Source: an uncultured bacterium (GTDB lineage Bacteria > Patescibacteriota > Minisyncoccia > Phycocordibacterales > CAIZLB01). Taken from it: a DNA stretch of 64,000 nucleotides. Positions 19,501-30,260 of the stretch are shown in pieces; position 1 is the stretch's first letter, and each line of letters opens with the position of its first letter. Below the pieces are notes generated by a model. It ran no database searches and was not told where the DNA came from. It worked only from the letters and a program-made list of their open reading frames with translations. Both the position numbers and the translations under genes were made by a program. The stretch lies in NCBI GenBank assembly GCA_903821355.1, contig CAIJKW010000030.1:27897-91896 (forward strand), given 5' to 3'.

Positions 19501-19568
19501 TCTATTTTGTCGTGGCTCAGAGAGGGCTACGTCGTTTATTCATTCGTAAGACTTTCTTTGTAATCTAT

Positions 19569-19577
19569 GCTATAATG
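19569..19577 (+). promoter_or_regulatory. Extended -10 promoter (TGcTATAAT) 8 nt upstream of the clpB ATG (near-leaderless transcript)
   Basis: aTGcTATAATgacgcccatATG. No good -35 hexamer is present, as is typical for extended -10 promoters. Confidence 0.4.
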
Positions 19578-19585
19578 ACGCCCAT

Positions 19586-22276
19586 ATGCCACCATTACAC
19601 CATTTTACAACCAAAGCTAAGGATGTCATCAAAAAAGCCCATGAGTTAGCCATAGAGCGTGGCCAAAACCATGTGAATCCGCTTCATTTGCTGACAGCTC
19701 TAGTAGTCCAAGAAGACGGTATTGTCTTGGCTATTTTGGATAAATTGGAAGTTGATACAATTCTCTTGGCAGACAATCTAATTGAAGAGATTGAGACTGA
19801 TGGAACACCAAGTAACACAATGTCTACTTCGTACCAATTGTACTTAACACCAGAGCTCGCTCAAGTTATTGAAGCGTCAGGCAGGGTCTCAGCAAGCCTC
19901 AAGGATGAATTTGTTTCAGTTGAGCACTTATTGCTTGCGCTTTTTGATGTAGCTTCATCGGCTCGTGAACTTTTGTTTAAATTCAAATTAGAGAAAGCGA
20001 TGGTTATTGATGCCTTGGAGGCGTTGAAGTCAAATAAGGGGGCATCAGCTGACATTGTTCCAAAGAAAATGAAGGCAATAATTAAATTCACTCGTAATTT
20101 AACTATGCTTGCGCGTGAAAATAAATTGGATCCTGTCATAGGACGCGATGCAGAAATTGCCAGAGTAATTCAAATACTCTCAAGGAGGACAAAAAATAAC
20201 CCCATGCTTATTGGTGAGGCTGGAGTTGGAAAAACTGCAATTGCAGAAGGGTTGGCTAACAGAATTGCAATGGGTGATGTTCCGGAGTCTTTGAAAGATA
20301 AAGATTTGGTATCGCTAGATATGGGTCTTTTGGTTGCAGGTACAAAATACAGAGGAGAATTTGAAGAGCGTCTAAAAAATATTTTAAAAGAAATTGAAAA
20401 GTCAGATGGAAAGATAATTCTTTTTATCGATGAAATTCACACTATCGTTGGAGCGGGTGGTGCAGATGGTGCGCTTGATGCTTCAAATATGTTGAAGCCT
20501 GCACTTTCTCGTGGAGAGTTACATGCAATTGGTGCAACCACACTTAAAGAATATCAAAAACATATAGAGAAAGATCCTGCGCTTCAAAGACGTTTCCAAC
20601 CAATTTATATTAACGAGCCATCAGAGGAAGATGCTATTGCAATTCTTCGTGGACTAAAAGAAAAATATGAACTTTATCACGGTGTACACATTACAGATGA
20701 TTCATTGATTGCTGCTGTAAAATTTTCTTCAAGATACATTTCTGACAGATTCTTGCCAGATAAGGCAGTTGACTTGATTGATGAGGCGGCGTCCGCTTTG
20801 AAAATATCGTTAGAGAATAAGCCACCAGAGCTCGAGGAGGCCCATCGTAAAATAATGCGTTTGGAAATTGAAAGACAAGCTCTACTTAAGGAGGCGGGAA
20901 CAAATAAGGTTGCAAAGGCTAGGGTTAAAGAAATTGAAGCTGATATTGCAAATCAAAAAGAGGGAACAAAAGAAACAGAAGCAAAATGGATTAATGAAAA
21001 AGAAACACTGTCCAGCATTAAAGAGATTAAAAAACAATTAGAGGGATTAAGACAGGATGCGGAGAGGGCAGAGGCGTACGCTGATTTATCAAAAGCGGCT
21101 GATATTAGATATGTAAAAATTCCCGCGCTTGAAAAAGATTTGGATTCAAAAATGAAGCGCCTAAAGAAATTACAAAGCTTTCGTAGAATAATAAAAGAGG
21201 AGATTACAGAAAATGACATTGCTGGTGTTGTTTCAAGATGGACTGGAATTCCAGTTTCTAGAATGTTAGAAGAAGAGGCAAGAAAGATTTCAAGAATTGA
21301 AGATGATCTTAAAAAACAAGTTGTTGGTCAAGACTCTGCGGTTAAGAAAGTTGCGGACACCATTAAACGCTCACGTGCTGGTATTAATGATCCGCAAAAG
21401 CCAATCGGTTCTTTCATTTTTCTTGGCCCAACTGGTGTTGGAAAAACTGAGTTAACAAAGGCGCTTGCCAAGTTTATGTTCGATGATGACAAGTCGCTAA
21501 TTAGAGTTGATATGTCTGAGTATATGGAAAAGCACTCAGTTTCAAAAATTATCGGTGCACCTCCAGGATACGTTGGCCATGATGAGAGTGGAACGCTGAC
21601 GGACACTGTAAGACATCGTCCATACTCTGTAGTATTGTTTGATGAAATAGAAAAGGCTCATCCTGAAATATTTAACATTTTACTTCAAGTGCTTGATAAC
21701 GGACGTTTAACTGACTCAAAAGGTAGGACTGTAAACTTCAAAAATACTATTATTATAATGACGTCAAACATTGGCGCTCAATATATCGATAATATGCAAA
21801 AGATCGGATTTGCTATTGAAAAGTCTGACAAGTCAAACTATGAGGATGCAAAAGTTAGAGTTATGAGTGCCCTCAAGGATAACTTTAGACCAGAGTTCTT
21901 GAATAGAATCGATGAAATTGTAATCTTTGATATTTTGAGTCCTGAAGCAATCAAAGAGATTGTTAAGATTGAAGTTCAAAAAGTCATTGATCGTCTTCTA
22001 GAGAAAGAAATCAAACTTATTATTTCCGACGGCGTTTACGAGTACTTGGCAAAAGAGGGCTATAATCCTCAATACGGAGCACGTCCTTTGAAGAGAATTA
22101 TTCAATCTAAGATTTTGACAGCCGTTGCATCTCTAATTATTGATCAGGGGGTTATTAAGGGTGGAACGATTAATGTTGGGATTGATCCTAAAACAACTGA
22201 GTTTACTTTTGATGTCAAGAAGGTGGTTGCCAAGAAAGGTAAAATTGTTACCAAGGAAAAGGTTTCGATAAAATAA
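19586..22276 (+). CDS. clpB: ATP-dependent chaperone ClpB
   Basis: Clp N-domain, two AAA+ modules (GEAGVGKT…, GPTGVGKTE…) and a long coiled-coil M-domain. 896 aa. Confidence 0.9.
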   Translation: MPPLHHFTTKAKDVIKKAHELAIERGQNHVNPLHLLTALVVQEDGIVLAILDKLEVDTILLADNLIEEIETDGTPSNTMSTSYQLYLTPELAQVIEASGRVSASLKDEFVSVEHLLLALFDVASSARELLFKFKLEKAMVIDALEALKSNKGASADIVPKKMKAIIKFTRNLTMLARENKLDPVIGRDAEIARVIQILSRRTKNNPMLIGEAGVGKTAIAEGLANRIAMGDVPESLKDKDLVSLDMGLLVAGTKYRGEFEERLKNILKEIEKSDGKIILFIDEIHTIVGAGGADGALDASNMLKPALSRGELHAIGATTLKEYQKHIEKDPALQRRFQPIYINEPSEEDAIAILRGLKEKYELYHGVHITDDSLIAAVKFSSRYISDRFLPDKAVDLIDEAASALKISLENKPPELEEAHRKIMRLEIERQALLKEAGTNKVAKARVKEIEADIANQKEGTKETEAKWINEKETLSSIKEIKKQLEGLRQDAERAEAYADLSKAADIRYVKIPALEKDLDSKMKRLKKLQSFRRIIKEEITENDIAGVVSRWTGIPVSRMLEEEARKISRIEDDLKKQVVGQDSAVKKVADTIKRSRAGINDPQKPIGSFIFLGPTGVGKTELTKALAKFMFDDDKSLIRVDMSEYMEKHSVSKIIGAPPGYVGHDESGTLTDTVRHRPYSVVLFDEIEKAHPEIFNILLQVLDNGRLTDSKGRTVNFKNTIIIMTSNIGAQYIDNMQKIGFAIEKSDKSNYEDAKVRVMSALKDNFRPEFLNRIDEIVIFDILSPEAIKEIVKIEVQKVIDRLLEKEIKLIISDGVYEYLAKEGYNPQYGARPLKRIIQSKILTAVASLIIDQGVIKGGTINVGIDPKTTEFTFDVKKVVAKKGKIVTKEKVSIK

Positions 22277-22329
22277 GTTACCTGAGGTAAATTTGGAAAA
22301 AACAGAAATATCTGATATGATACTTCTAC

Positions 22330-22412
22330 GCGCAGGTGGCAGAGTGGTCAATTGCATCTGACTGTAAATCAGACGCCTTCGGGCTACGTAGGTTCAAATC
22401 CTACCCTGCGCA
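22330..22412 (+). tRNA. tRNA-Tyr (anticodon GUA)
   Basis: GCGCAGGTGGCAGAGTGG…TCTGACTGTAAATCAGA…(long variable arm)…GTAGGTTCAAATCCTACCCTGCGCA. Confidence 0.8.
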
Positions 22413-22471
22413 CAAGTCCGAGAATCGGGGTTTACCCACAATTATTAGATCGGGCCAATATATATAAAAAC

Positions 22472-22627
22472 ATGTCACAAACTAGATTAGTTAAGGTAGC
22501 AAACAAAAAGACAGGTGAGGTCTACCACACAAGTAAAAACAAGAAAAAGGTAGAGCGTAAGCTAAAGCTTATGAAATACAGCCCAAAGCTTCGCAAGCAC
22601 GTGGAGTTTAGTGAGATTAAAAAATAA
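22472..22627 (+). CDS. rpmG: 50S ribosomal protein L33 (non-zinc, C- form)
   Basis: MSQTRLVKVANKKTGEVYHTSKNKKKVERKLKLMKYSPKLRKHVEFSEIKK resembles L33 (YITTKNKRN…LELKKY.P..RKH…E.K). The upstream part of track ORF 22352..22627 overlaps tRNA-Tyr and is not coding. Confidence 0.7.
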   Translation: MSQTRLVKVANKKTGEVYHTSKNKKKVERKLKLMKYSPKLRKHVEFSEIKK

Positions 22628-22692
22628 TCTTCGTTATATTTATATTTCTAATTTAAGATAAGTCTTGATCTATAGAATTAATACAAAAAACG

Positions 22693-22720
22693 CCCAATTT
22701 GTGGGTGTTTTTTGTATATA
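22693..22720. terminator. Bidirectional terminator between rpmG and the minus-strand small proteins
   Basis: aaaaaacgcccaa-atttg-tgggtgtttttt. Confidence 0.5.
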
Positions 22721-22752
22721 GTCTCTTGTATTTTGTGATTCTGTATATGATT

Positions 22753-23034
22753 CTATAATATGCCGATAATCAAATCGTAAGCAGGCTCACTTATTTCACC
22801 GTTGTCTTTTTTACGATTCAGTTCCGCAATAAGTTCTTCAGAGCTTGTTGGTTTTGTTGCCGAGTCTTTTATACTATCCAACACCGAAATAGCCTCATTT
22901 TGGCATGAGAGCATGTCCTTAGACATTTGTTCTTTGTAGGTCTGATTAAATTGACTTATGATAGCGCGCAGGTCATCGCAAACCACCTGCATGCTAAAAC
23001 TCATCTCCATAGACATTGGTCCTTCTTTTCCCAT
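22753..23034 (-). CDS. small hypothetical protein with C-terminal SHOCT-like motif (paralog A)
   Basis: C-terminus SSEELIAELNRKKDNGEISEPAYDLIIGIL, pattern L..L…G.IS/T..EY..L. Confidence 0.4.
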   Translation of the reverse strand: MGKEGPMSMEMSFSMQVVCDDLRAIISQFNQTYKEQMSKDMLSCQNEAISVLDSIKDSATKPTSSEELIAELNRKKDNGEISEPAYDLIIGIL

Positions 23035-23049
23035 TGTATTTTGTATTAG

Positions 23050-23385
23050 TTAGTAATAAGTTTGAGCCATTATTAGTCTGTAGGCTTTTTCACTCAAGGT
23101 GCCGTCTTTTTTGGCTTCATCTAACTTTCTCATAAGTTCTTCGGAGCTAATCTTGGGGCTAGTTGCTTTAATTGATTCAAGAGCTTCTGTTGCAGATCTT
23201 TGTATCTCAATTTCTTCTGCAGATAATTCTTTTTCAAATTTTTCATAACTTTCGTTGTAGCTGTGTATTGCATTATTTAGCCTGAAAGATATTTCATCCA
23301 CGTCAAAAAATGTTTCGGGTGTCTGATGTTTTTCGTTCATATTTTTGTGGTTAGTTGATAACACCCTAATTATAACAAAAGCCAC
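23050..23385 (-). CDS. small hypothetical protein with C-terminal SHOCT-like motif (paralog B)
   Basis: C-terminus SSEELMRKLDEAKKDGTLSEKAYRLIMAQ. Paralogous to 22753..23034. Confidence 0.4.
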   Translation of the reverse strand: MAFVIIRVLSTNHKNMNEKHQTPETFFDVDEISFRLNNAIHSYNESYEKFEKELSAEEIEIQRSATEALESIKATSPKISSEELMRKLDEAKKDGTLSEKAYRLIMAQTYY

Positions 23386-23524
23386 AGTATTAACAATCCG
23401 TTTCTAAGGGGGTGTAATAGGTGGGTTTATGCACGAACAGGTTGGCTTTTTGGCTAAAATAGATTAAGATAGGAGAACAAAACCAGATTTTGCAGGGGTG
23501 GTTTTGAAGATAGAGAACATAAAT

Positions 23525-23596
23525 GGGCCTATAGTTTCAATGGTAAAACGACGGTCTCCAAAACCGCAGTTCGAGGTTCGAGTCCTCGTGGGCCCG
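23525..23596 (+). tRNA. tRNA-Trp (anticodon CCA)
   Basis: GGGCCTATAGTTTCAATGGTAAAACGACGGTCTCCAAAACCGCAGTTCGAGGTTCGAGTCCTCGTGGGCCCG. Anticodon loop CTCCAAA. Confidence 0.8.
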
Positions 23597-23620
23597 CTAG
23601 AATAATGAGCGGAGCGAATA

Positions 23621-23722
23621 TATTCTAGCAGGGTGCCGCAGCGAAGCTGTGGCCCCGCGGATACCAAACTCTCAGCGAAGGGTGCCGACAGCTTGGCTGT
23701 GGCCCCGCGGAAACTAAACGTT
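23621..23722. repeat. Two tandem ~48-bp direct repeats immediately 3' of tRNA-Trp, in the leader of the MFS gene
   Basis: gggtgccgcagcgaagctgtggccccgcggataccaaac… // gggtgccgacagcttggctgtggccccgcggaaactaaac…. Confidence 0.6.
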
Positions 23723-23745
23723 AAACGAAGGAAGGTTCTACATAA

Positions 23746-25015
23746 TATGACCCCCAAACCATTTTCACTACCAAAATACAAACAAACCTTCAAAAGCACC
23801 TTTGTCTCGCTTAGAAATCGCAACTACAGACTATTCACAATTGGACAAACAATCTCAAACACTGGAAACTGGCTTACAAACATCGCTCTTACTTTACTTG
23901 TACTTAAAATTACTGGAAGCGGACTCGCAGTTGGAATAGTTTCCGCACTTCAATTTGGTCCAATACTTTTTCTTTCAATGAGTGCGGGATCTATAGCAGA
24001 CAAATCAGATAAGCGACGTTTACTATTTTGGACTCAGGGTTTAGAGATGGCGCAGTCCGTAGGCCTGGCTATTTTAGCTTTTATGCCACATCCACCACTT
24101 GCTGGATTGTATATACTCGCAATAATTAGTGGAATTCTACTTTCATTAGATAATCCACTTCGTCGTTCCTTTGTAAGTGAAATGGTTCCAAAAGAAGATA
24201 TCCCCAATGCTGTTGTTTTATATAGCACGAGTGTTAATGTGGCAAGAATATTGGGACCGGCATTAGCAGGACTATTAATTGTTACGATGGGTTTTGGTTG
24301 GTGTTTTACCTTTGATGCTATTTCATACATTGCTGTTCTAATTTGCCTTAGGATGATTCGGCCAGCTGAACTTTATAGAAAACCAAAAAGTTGTAAAACA
24401 AATGAGGGCGTACGTGAGGGAATAAAATACATCTTTTCCATGCCATTATTGTTGGTCAACTTTGCTATGCTCGCCCTAATTGGAACGCTCGCATATAATT
24501 TTACCGTTACACTTTCACTATTTGTTACGAATTCCTTGCATGGTTCCATCGATAAATTTACTCTCCTTTATTCTGTTTTCAGTTTTGGTGCCATAGTCAG
24601 TGCACTTGTTGTTGCTCGCCGAGGTTTAGTAAATATTTCTCATATTATGTTTGGTGCTACTATGCTTGGAATTTCCATGCTTATGCTTGCGCTGGTACCT
24701 AGCATAATAGTTGCCATACCGATTATTTTTCTTGTTGGCGTATCAAGTATTCTATATATGACTGCAACAACCACTATGATTCAAGTTGAAGCAAAACAAG
24801 AAATGCATGGAAGATTAACAGGATTACAAAGTGTCTTTTTAATTGGCACAGGAGTGATTGGAGGGCCTCTTTCTGGATGGGTAGCGGATGCCATGGGTGC
24901 GAGAGTTCCAATTATATTTGGTGGAATAGCATGCCTTTTTGCTGCTCTTTTTTCTTATATTGCGATGTGGTATTTTAATCGTGCGAATGCGAAGGTATTA
25001 AATCCAGCGGAATAG
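23746..25015 (+). CDS. MFS transporter (EntS/MFS_3-like)
   Basis: 12-TM profile. SD AAGGAAGG is 10 nt upstream of ATG 23746. The earlier in-frame M of the track ORF lies inside the tandem repeat. Confidence 0.75.
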
Positions 25016-25125
25016 CGCACTATAATATTATATGTTTACTTTCATAATCTTATATATTTGATATGTAAGATTATATGAGGTAAATCAAGCCCTATTGGGG
25101 AAAGGTGACATGTTTAAAAAAGTAC

Positions 25126-25150
25126 ACCCCAGCCAAAGCTGGGGTTTTTA
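25126..25150 (+). terminator. Rho-independent terminator after the MFS gene
   Basis: accccagc-caaa-gctggggt followed by TTTTT. Confidence 0.6.
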
Positions 25151-25204
25151 GAGCTAAATACGCGCCCAGCGGATGCTGGGCGCGCGCGGACTTGTAACCA
25201 CCAC

Positions 25205-25873
25205 CTATCGCTTGTTTGCCAGTAGCGACGGTGCGAGAACAGATTCCACCTCTTCAATCCGACGCCGAAGATTTCTAAGTGGCTCCAGGTTGTCTTCACG
25301 CTTTTGGACGAGCGTTTTGATGGCCGCCGAAAGACCGTACCAAATATCTTTTGCGGTGAATCCTGTGAAATCCAAGAGAGATGATTGATCAAGTCTTGTG
25401 GGCTTAATCGAAACATACTTTGGAGTCCAGCGATGGTAGAAACCGCCCGGGGTAGTCAACATGTGAGCGATCTTCGTGATGTTTCCCAAAATCTCAATGG
25501 TAACTAATTTCATGTCACGACTTAACCCGAAGGTTTTTTGAGTTAGGCCTGTCGGCTCTTCTTTGTCATCCGGGTCATCGTAATTGAACTTTCGTTGGGC
25601 CATGACGTTTCTCCCAGACTCTGGGCAAATAACCCGTAGGTCTAGTGGTAGGCCGTCGATAACTAACGACCCATCTTCGGGCTTGGATTTTTTTATCGTG
25701 CGGCTTCCAAAGTAGTCCCAGTAAAGTTCAACATCCTCGATTGATTGGAGTGTCAAACTATGCATGAGCTGTGGAGTCAAAAGGTCCAATTGGGCCTTAA
25801 CGAGTTCCATCCACTCTTCATCTGTTAACGCGACAATATGGCGGGCCATAATCGCTTGTGCTTTCGATTTCAT
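25205..25873 (-). CDS. hypothetical protein (GC ~50%, likely horizontally acquired)
   Basis: 222-aa ORF with strongly elevated GC relative to the window. No recognisable motif. Confidence 0.5.
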   Translation of the reverse strand: MKSKAQAIMARHIVALTDEEWMELVKAQLDLLTPQLMHSLTLQSIEDVELYWDYFGSRTIKKSKPEDGSLVIDGLPLDLRVICPESGRNVMAQRKFNYDDPDDKEEPTGLTQKTFGLSRDMKLVTIEILGNITKIAHMLTTPGGFYHRWTPKYVSIKPTRLDQSSLLDFTGFTAKDIWYGLSAAIKTLVQKREDNLEPLRNLRRRIEEVESVLAPSLLANKR

Positions 25874-26228
25874 GCGTTTCGTTTTTTGTTGTTGTCTCTA
25901 CCTTTTGGCGTGCCATGGTAGAGTTGTTTGTTCAGATGCAAACCATCGGGTCTGCAAGTACGCCCTGAGTTGAGCGTTCTGTATAAAACGATACCAGACA
26001 TCTAGTTAAATGTCTAGGGGGTATGTATGTGCGGGGACTTAGCCGCAGCCACGTTTCCATAGCTTGGAAATTCTTTGGCGAAGAGCTAACTAAGCGGAAA
26101 ATTATATTTATTCTTGTCGCAGTTGATGCGGTGATATTGATTGGGTTGAGCTAGTTAAGTGGTTAAGGTGATCTATAAGAAATAGGGGAGAGAGTTGTTT
26201 AACATCTTATTTAATATATGAAAACAAT

Positions 26229-27347
26229 TTAAACAAAATCCAAAAAGTTATCTTTATTTACAACACTAAATTGTGCATCTTTATAATTCTCTAAAAAAGT
26301 AAACTTATGTTTTGATCTAGTATCATTCCATTTACATTCATATCCTTGCAACTTTCCGTCCTGCTCTATTACGATATCAACTTCTTCACCTTTTTTACTT
26401 CTCCAAAAATATATTCCAAATAGTTTTCCAGAAAATACATTCTTTTTGAAAATCTCCATAAATATGAAGTTTTCAAATAGCTGTCCAAAGTCATTTCTAA
26501 CCTCCAATTTGTTTAAGTTTTGAATCAAAGCATTTCGTACTCCCAAATCATAAAAATAATACTTTTTCTTTTGAGTGATTTCACTTCTTGGATTGCTACT
26601 ATAAGGACTTACGGACTTTATGATGAAGGTCTTTTCAAGTAGGTCCAAATATTTTTTAACAGTTTTTTGATCACAGTTTGCTGTGTTTGCTATCTCGTTA
26701 TAAGAAACTTCATTACCAATTTGAAATGCAACACATCTAGTGATGTCTAGAAGTAGTTTTGATGATTTTAGCTTATCAAAAGACAAAACATCCTTGAAAA
26801 GGTAAGAGGAGACCAATTCTCCAAGTAGTTTTTCTTTTATGCTTGTATCATCAGTACTTAATATCTCTGGATATGAACCATAAATTAATAGATTCTCCAA
26901 GTTGTTTTTCTTATCAAAATCATTACCTTCACATTCTTTGGTGCTGATTGGGAGTAGTGTCATTGTAAAATGTCTTCCAGTGAGAGGCTCTCCAACCTTT
27001 TGCATAATTTCAAAAGAGGAGGACCCTGTGAGGATGATCGTTTTGTCTTTATACTCATCTATCATCATTTTTACTCCAATTCCAATATCCTCAATCATTT
27101 GTGCTTCATCAATGACGATAATTTCATAAGGTAGACAATATTGTAAAAGCTCAGCACGATTTTGCCTTTTAAACATTGAACGCAAAACCAGATCATCTCC
27201 AACATCATATCTGACCTTTTTGTCTTTATTTGAATTAAGAAAATTTTTGGCCATGGTAGTTTTACCTATACGTCTTGGACCGTATATTATTAAGACTCTA
27301 CCAGGATAGAGTACGTCTTCAATCTTCTGTATTCTTTGAAAATTCAT
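26229..27347 (-). CDS. AAA+ family ATPase (COG1373 / DUF4143-type)
   Basis: Walker A VLIIYGPRRIGKTT, Walker B IIVIDEAQ, and C-terminal DUF4143-like region. Confidence 0.7.
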   Translation of the reverse strand: MNFQRIQKIEDVLYPGRVLIIYGPRRIGKTTMAKNFLNSNKDKKVRYDVGDDLVLRSMFKRQNRAELLQYCLPYEIIVIDEAQMIEDIGIGVKMMIDEYKDKTIILTGSSSFEIMQKVGEPLTGRHFTMTLLPISTKECEGNDFDKKNNLENLLIYGSYPEILSTDDTSIKEKLLGELVSSYLFKDVLSFDKLKSSKLLLDITRCVAFQIGNEVSYNEIANTANCDQKTVKKYLDLLEKTFIIKSVSPYSSNPRSEITQKKKYYFYDLGVRNALIQNLNKLEVRNDFGQLFENFIFMEIFKKNVFSGKLFGIYFWRSKKGEEVDIVIEQDGKLQGYECKWNDTRSKHKFTFLENYKDAQFSVVNKDNFLDFV

Positions 27348-27512
27348 AGCAGTATACTATCAAAATCCCTAAAAAAGTCAAGTTTTAGAGATTGATAATC
27401 CCTAAAATAGCAATTTTATGTGGATTTTAATGGAATTTGCTCAATCATTGGTTGATTGTAAATCTTATATAATCTCACACGTTGGATATGTAGGATTCTA
27501 TCGCATAATTGC

Positions 27513-28271
27513 CTACCCCAACCCAACCACCCGCTCAAAATCCCTACTTTGCTCATACCTCTTGCCGTACGCCTTGCTCGCCTGATACAGCGCCATCAAA
27601 AGATGATTGATATTTTGATTTTCAATTTTTATGGCGACCTCCCTGAACCAATCGATAAAAAAAGAAAAATTACCAATCATAAACATCTCAGATTTTTCAT
27701 CCATAAAATCTGCAGAAACCTTAACCATGTCCTCCAGCCTCCCCGTGAATGCCTTGGCAACCAACTTAGCGTCAACTCCACTATATTGATTAAAAACACT
27801 TCTCGTCAGGTCTCCATGGACAATACTGTCTACGATAAATCTTTTATCGGTTATTGTTTGGCTAACTTCCTGAACAATCTTCTTTGAAGATCTCTTAATT
27901 GCTTCTCTAAAAGAAAGGCTTGGCTGAATACCGGTAAGCCTGCTTCCGATGGGCTCTTTAGTCACTTCCTGCCAAAGCGTCTCTATTGCTTTAGAACCAG
28001 AATATATTGTTATGGAACCAATTTTGACGATGGGGGACGGTGGCGGAATTGTTTGTTTGGTGGGGGTTTTTGAGGTGGGTAATTTATATATTTTTCTTTT
28101 CTTGTGAAGGGAGAAGGTTATTAGTTTTTTGCTGAGGAGTTTATTAATATTGTATTCGATGGTGCTTCTGGAGGTGGAGAGGCGTTTTGCGAGTGCCGCG
28201 AGGGTTCCGGGGAGAGTGAGGGAGAGGAGGATTTTTCTCTCGTGGGATGATAGATCGAGGTGGGTGGTCAT
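27513..28271 (-). CDS. putative winged-helix DNA-binding protein with uncharacterised C-terminal domain
   Basis: N-terminal HTH-like segment SSHERKILLSLTLPGTLAALAKRLSTSRSTIEYNINKLLSKKLI. The N-terminal coding DNA is G-rich. Confidence 0.4.
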   Translation of the reverse strand: MTTHLDLSSHERKILLSLTLPGTLAALAKRLSTSRSTIEYNINKLLSKKLITFSLHKKRKIYKLPTSKTPTKQTIPPPSPIVKIGSITIYSGSKAIETLWQEVTKEPIGSRLTGIQPSLSFREAIKRSSKKIVQEVSQTITDKRFIVDSIVHGDLTRSVFNQYSGVDAKLVAKAFTGRLEDMVKVSADFMDEKSEMFMIGNFSFFIDWFREVAIKIENQNINHLLMALYQASKAYGKRYEQSRDFERVVGLG

Positions 28272-28324
28272 GTGGGTATTATATCAATAGATTATGCAAA
28301 TAACCAAATTTAGTTATTTTAATA

Positions 28325-28747
28325 TTGATAATAATATTATTTCAAGCCATATTATTTAAATATTATTTTTTACATAGCAATCAAAATATCTTCCATGAGA
28401 TACTTGTTTATGTGAAAAAGATATCGATAATAATTTTAATTGGCATTTTGATTTTAATTGCTATATTATATTGGAGCAAGAAATTTAATGAAATATCTTT
28501 GACCCCTGGTCCCAGTTGTTTATATTATCAAGAAGAAATAACTTCACTACATAAAGAAAAGAGTACTGCAACAATCACTGATAGTTTCAAAGAAATTATT
28601 AAAGAAAATAATACTCCAGTGTATACAAAGCATGTTACAGAACTTCCCACTACGATACCTGTTGAGAGAATGTATCTTCGTGTTCTGGTAGTTTTAATGG
28701 AAGTTTTGGTACTGTATTTTACTTATGTTAAAGGCCAGCAATATTGA
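28325..28747 (+). CDS. possible small membrane protein
   Basis: AT-rich ORF with two hydrophobic segments. Weak. Confidence 0.2.
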   Translation: MIIILFQAILFKYYFLHSNQNIFHEILVYVKKISIIILIGILILIAILYWSKKFNEISLTPGPSCLYYQEEITSLHKEKSTATITDSFKEIIKENNTPVYTKHVTELPTTIPVERMYLRVLVVLMEVLVLYFTYVKGQQY

Positions 28748-28891
28748 TACGCCGCCGAATTATGAATAAAAATAGTTATTAGATAAGACGCTTTTTTTAT
28801 ATTGTCATGATATAATACCAAACATGAATTGTTAGAGATGATTACTGAAGCTTATATAAGATAAAATATTGTAGAAAAATAAGATAAATAC

Positions 28892-29386
28892 ATGATAATA
28901 AACGACTCCTACACATCAAAAAGAACTGGCATAACCCAAAGTATTCAATATGAAGAACTAGATAGTTTTGACGCCATTCGTTCCTTACCTGTTGGAGCGG
29001 CTGGGTCTTTTTGCTTTTACGAAAATAAGCTTGTGCTTGTATATGCCAAGGGCAGGAATTCTTGGGAGACACCCGGAGGAGGGTGTGAACCAGGAGAAAC
29101 TTTTGAAGAGAGCATCATTAGAGAAATCAGAGAAGAATCCAACATGAAAGTCCTTAAGCTTGTTCCGTTGGGTTGTGACACATTTACAAACAATGAGACA
29201 AAAGAAATTAATTACGTTCTTCGATTTGCTGCAAAAGTTGAACCGTACGGCCCATTTGTCGAGGAAACTGCTGATGGAGAAATTACAGAAATGAAGCTTA
29301 TCGATCCCAAGGATTATAAGCAGTATTTTGATTGGGGTGAGAGAAGCGATGCAATGATTAAAAAAGCTCTTGATATTCTTAAATAA
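28892..29386 (+). CDS. NUDIX hydrolase
   Basis: Nudix box TPGGGCEPGETFEESIIREIREESN (Gx5Ex7REuxEExGu). Confidence 0.7.
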   Translation: MIINDSYTSKRTGITQSIQYEELDSFDAIRSLPVGAAGSFCFYENKLVLVYAKGRNSWETPGGGCEPGETFEESIIREIREESNMKVLKLVPLGCDTFTNNETKEINYVLRFAAKVEPYGPFVEETADGEITEMKLIDPKDYKQYFDWGERSDAMIKKALDILK

Positions 29387-29388
29387 AA

Positions 29389-30210
29389 ATGAAACTCATC
29401 TCCTGGAACGTCAACGGAATACGCTCAGTCTTCAAAACCACCTTTAAGGATTGGCTTAAAAACTCGTCGCCAGATATTCTTTGCTTACAAGAAACAAAAG
29501 CAACTCACACAGAGTTGAGCAAGGAATTTAGCGAAATAGACGGATACTATTCATATTTCAATTCCTCATCGCTCAGGAAGGGTCACTCAGGTGTTGCGAT
29601 TTATACAAAAGTAAAACCGATTTCAGTTGAGACAAAACTTGGTATAGAAAGATTTGACGATGAAGGCAGGTGTCTGAAGCTCACCTTCGACAATTTTATT
29701 TTGTTCAATTTTTATATTCCAAACGGTTCAAGAGATCAGCACGATATTCCATACAAACTAGAAGTCTACAAAAAACTTTTGCAAATCATAGCCCTGATAA
29801 AAGATAAAAAAGTAATTTTGACTGGCGATTTTAACATCGCTCATACTGAACTTGATGTTTTTAACGCAAAGCAAAATTATAATAATACAATGTTTACCAA
29901 GGCGGAGCGAGAGCAAATCACTAAACTTCTGCAGGCTGGATATACTGATACCTTCAGATACAAATATCCGGAGAAAAGTGCTTACACCTGGTGGCCTTAT
30001 ATGAACGATTTACGTGAGCGTGACATTGGTTGGAGAATAGATTATTTTTTCATCACCAATTCATTATTACCAGATTTAGCAGATGCTTTTACTGAGCGAG
30101 AAAGCTTGGGCTCGGATCATGGTCCTTGCGGAATAATTTTAAATATGGATTTTAAAATTGACGAAGTCCCAATTTACGAAAAGGATGAGGTGCAGGGTTT
30201 GTTGTTCTAA
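29389..30210 (+). CDS. xth: exodeoxyribonuclease III (AP endonuclease, Xth/APE1 family)
   Basis: MKLISWNVNGIRSV…LCLQETK…LTGDFNIAHTELD…WRIDYFF…GSDHGP motifs. Confidence 0.85.
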   Translation: MKLISWNVNGIRSVFKTTFKDWLKNSSPDILCLQETKATHTELSKEFSEIDGYYSYFNSSSLRKGHSGVAIYTKVKPISVETKLGIERFDDEGRCLKLTFDNFILFNFYIPNGSRDQHDIPYKLEVYKKLLQIIALIKDKKVILTGDFNIAHTELDVFNAKQNYNNTMFTKAEREQITKLLQAGYTDTFRYKYPEKSAYTWWPYMNDLRERDIGWRIDYFFITNSLLPDLADAFTERESLGSDHGPCGIILNMDFKIDEVPIYEKDEVQGLLF

Positions 30211-30226
30211 ATTGCAGAACGAAAAT

Positions 30227-30260
30227 CCCGCGCAAGCCATTCTGGCTTGCGCGGGTTCTT
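30227..30260. terminator. Bidirectional terminator between xth and the gtrA-like gene
   Basis: cccgcgcaagcc-attc-tggcttgcgcggg followed by ttctt. Confidence 0.6.

Noticed and set aside
22352-22471. N-terminal 40 residues of track ORF 22352..22627
   Set aside because: This part overlaps tRNA-Tyr. The L33 homology starts at the internal Met (22472).
23633-23745. N-terminal extension of the MFS ORF
   Set aside because: It lies inside the tandem direct repeat. A strong SD precedes the internal ATG at 23746, where the TM helices begin.
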